DNA of 63,823 bases, filler included, from Octopus bimaculoides (lineage: Eukaryota), in the NCBI RefSeq assembly GCF_001194135.2. It is 8 parts of 6 records of this genome, joined end to end, with 100 filler letters (N's around TTAATTAATTAA, not from the genome) between each part and the next. Parts side by side here need not be neighbours in the genome. Positions count along the whole stretch, not along the records: positions 62,658 to 63,823 come from NW_026296434.1; 7 more parts are not named here. One strand, given 5' to 3'. This document shows positions 62,558 to 63,823 of the stretch, one piece after another. Under the pieces are notes generated by a model. It did not search any database. It worked only from the letters and a program-made list of their open reading frames with translations, and was not told the DNA's origin. Made by a program: the position numbers and the translations under genes. Within the stretch, counting starts at the first letter, position 1, and each line of letters starts with the position of its first letter.

Positions 62558-63823
62558 NNNNNNNNNNNNNNNNNNNNNNNNNNNNNNNNNNNNNNNNNNN
62601 NTTAATTAATTAANNNNNNNNNNNNNNNNNNNNNNNNNNNNNNNNNNNNNNNNNNNNCTCTCTCTCTCTGTCTCTCTCTCTCTCACACACACACATTAAA
62701 AATGATGATGATGCAAACACACATCTGTATCATCATCATCATATGTCTGTATTTGATGATGTTATATACTGGATGATTTAATAGGATCTAAGGAGCTAGA
62801 GGACTGCTTCAAGCTTTAGTGTCTGTTTTAGTGTGGTTTCTGCAACTGGATATTCTTCCAAATGTCAACTGCCTTAGTGGAGTCACCAACTAACTTGTAA
62901 GATAAGGCCTGTCANNNNNNNNNNNNNNNNNNNNNNNNNNNNNNNNNNAGTATGATAGAGAGATAGGAACAAGTGTCTTGCTGTAGAAGAGATACATAGC
63001 TACCTCAGCTGGAAAGGACAAAAAATAATGGTGTTCAAGAAGGTGAGTATTAGAGAGAATAGGGACAGAAGATCAGGAAGGATGGATGGGTAAATTTGTG
63101 AGAGTATGAAAGGAAAGTTAGAGATGGTTTGAAATGGAGATGAGGTAAATGTAGTGAATGGTGAACACAAAGTGGAAGCACGTCAATAGTGAATCTCAGT
63201 TTGGAGGCAAGATGAAGGAAAATAGAAGAGAGGCAGGACAAGGAGGTGATAAGTGGTCATTATTAAAGGACTGATGGTGGAGAGCAGCAGTATAATAAAA
63301 CCATAGGTGAGAAAAAGAGAGACTGTGAAGTGTGGGGGATAGGGTGGTGTGATTCACTGTGTCAGAGGTATGTAAAAATGGATAAAGTGAATGATGAACA
63401 AAGGTGTGGGAGGCTGACAATAATAGATATGAGAGGGAGTTCAAAGAAAAGGAGCATTCAGTAGAAAATAAGTGGCAAGGAATGATATTAAGAGTGTGGG
63501 AAGGGTGACAAAAGATCTGCCTGTAATATGCATCTGTTCCAGAAACAGCTGTAAAGTACTGCCTGCACCTTCCTATCCACCACTTGTGAATTTTTCACCA
63601 ATGATCCCAAGACTTTTCCTTTGTGATCTTGGTCAAATCAACGCTAAGGATCTCTCATATTCTCTTCTACCATATCCCAGAGTATATCTGTCTACACTGA
63701 ATCACTATGAACTTTCATCCTCTAGATTTTCCTGGTTTCCTGCTATATTTATACATCAGGGTTCTGTTTTCAATGTGTTCTTTTATCTTTTACTTGTTCC
63801 AGTCCTTGGGCTCTTCTCATGCT

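Noticed and set aside
62950-63823. Purine/pyrimidine-skewed region with short minus-strand ORFs, possibly an old LINE
   Set aside because: Only a vague RTE-like W-D-x-V remnant; too degraded to annotate.

Overview
AT-rich, microsatellite- and transposon-dense animal DNA. The tRNA-derived SINE families and simple-repeat load look like Octopus or another coleoid cephalopod (my recognition, not a database result). The draft assembly has many N gaps, including seven artificial 100-bp spacers (N44-TTAATTAATTAA-N44). Host coding sequence: (i) the last three exons of a plus-strand SLC22-family MFS transporter (43449-43569, 45294-45366, 46135-46341; canonical AG/GT sites, in frame), missed by the ORF track except for the last exon; (ii) an uninterrupted, 3'-truncated minus-strand SLC17/sialin-like segment (13781-14135). 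The rest is TE debris: two abundant SINE families, three Penelope-like fragments, mariner relics and a mariner-type MITE, a Tx1/L1-clade LINE (50699-53884, minus), and a head-to-tail array of Dong/R4-clade LINEs in (TAA)n tracts (56147-62557). Most interesting: uncharged residues at the SLC22 charge-selectivity positions, one of them an Asn codon a single A-to-I edit away from the OCT-type Asp; the Dong array; a mariner with an internal inversion joined at a short inverted match; and two head-to-head SINE pairs with near-identical geometry. I found no clearly new multi-gene system, no CRISPR array and no rRNA or tRNA genes.
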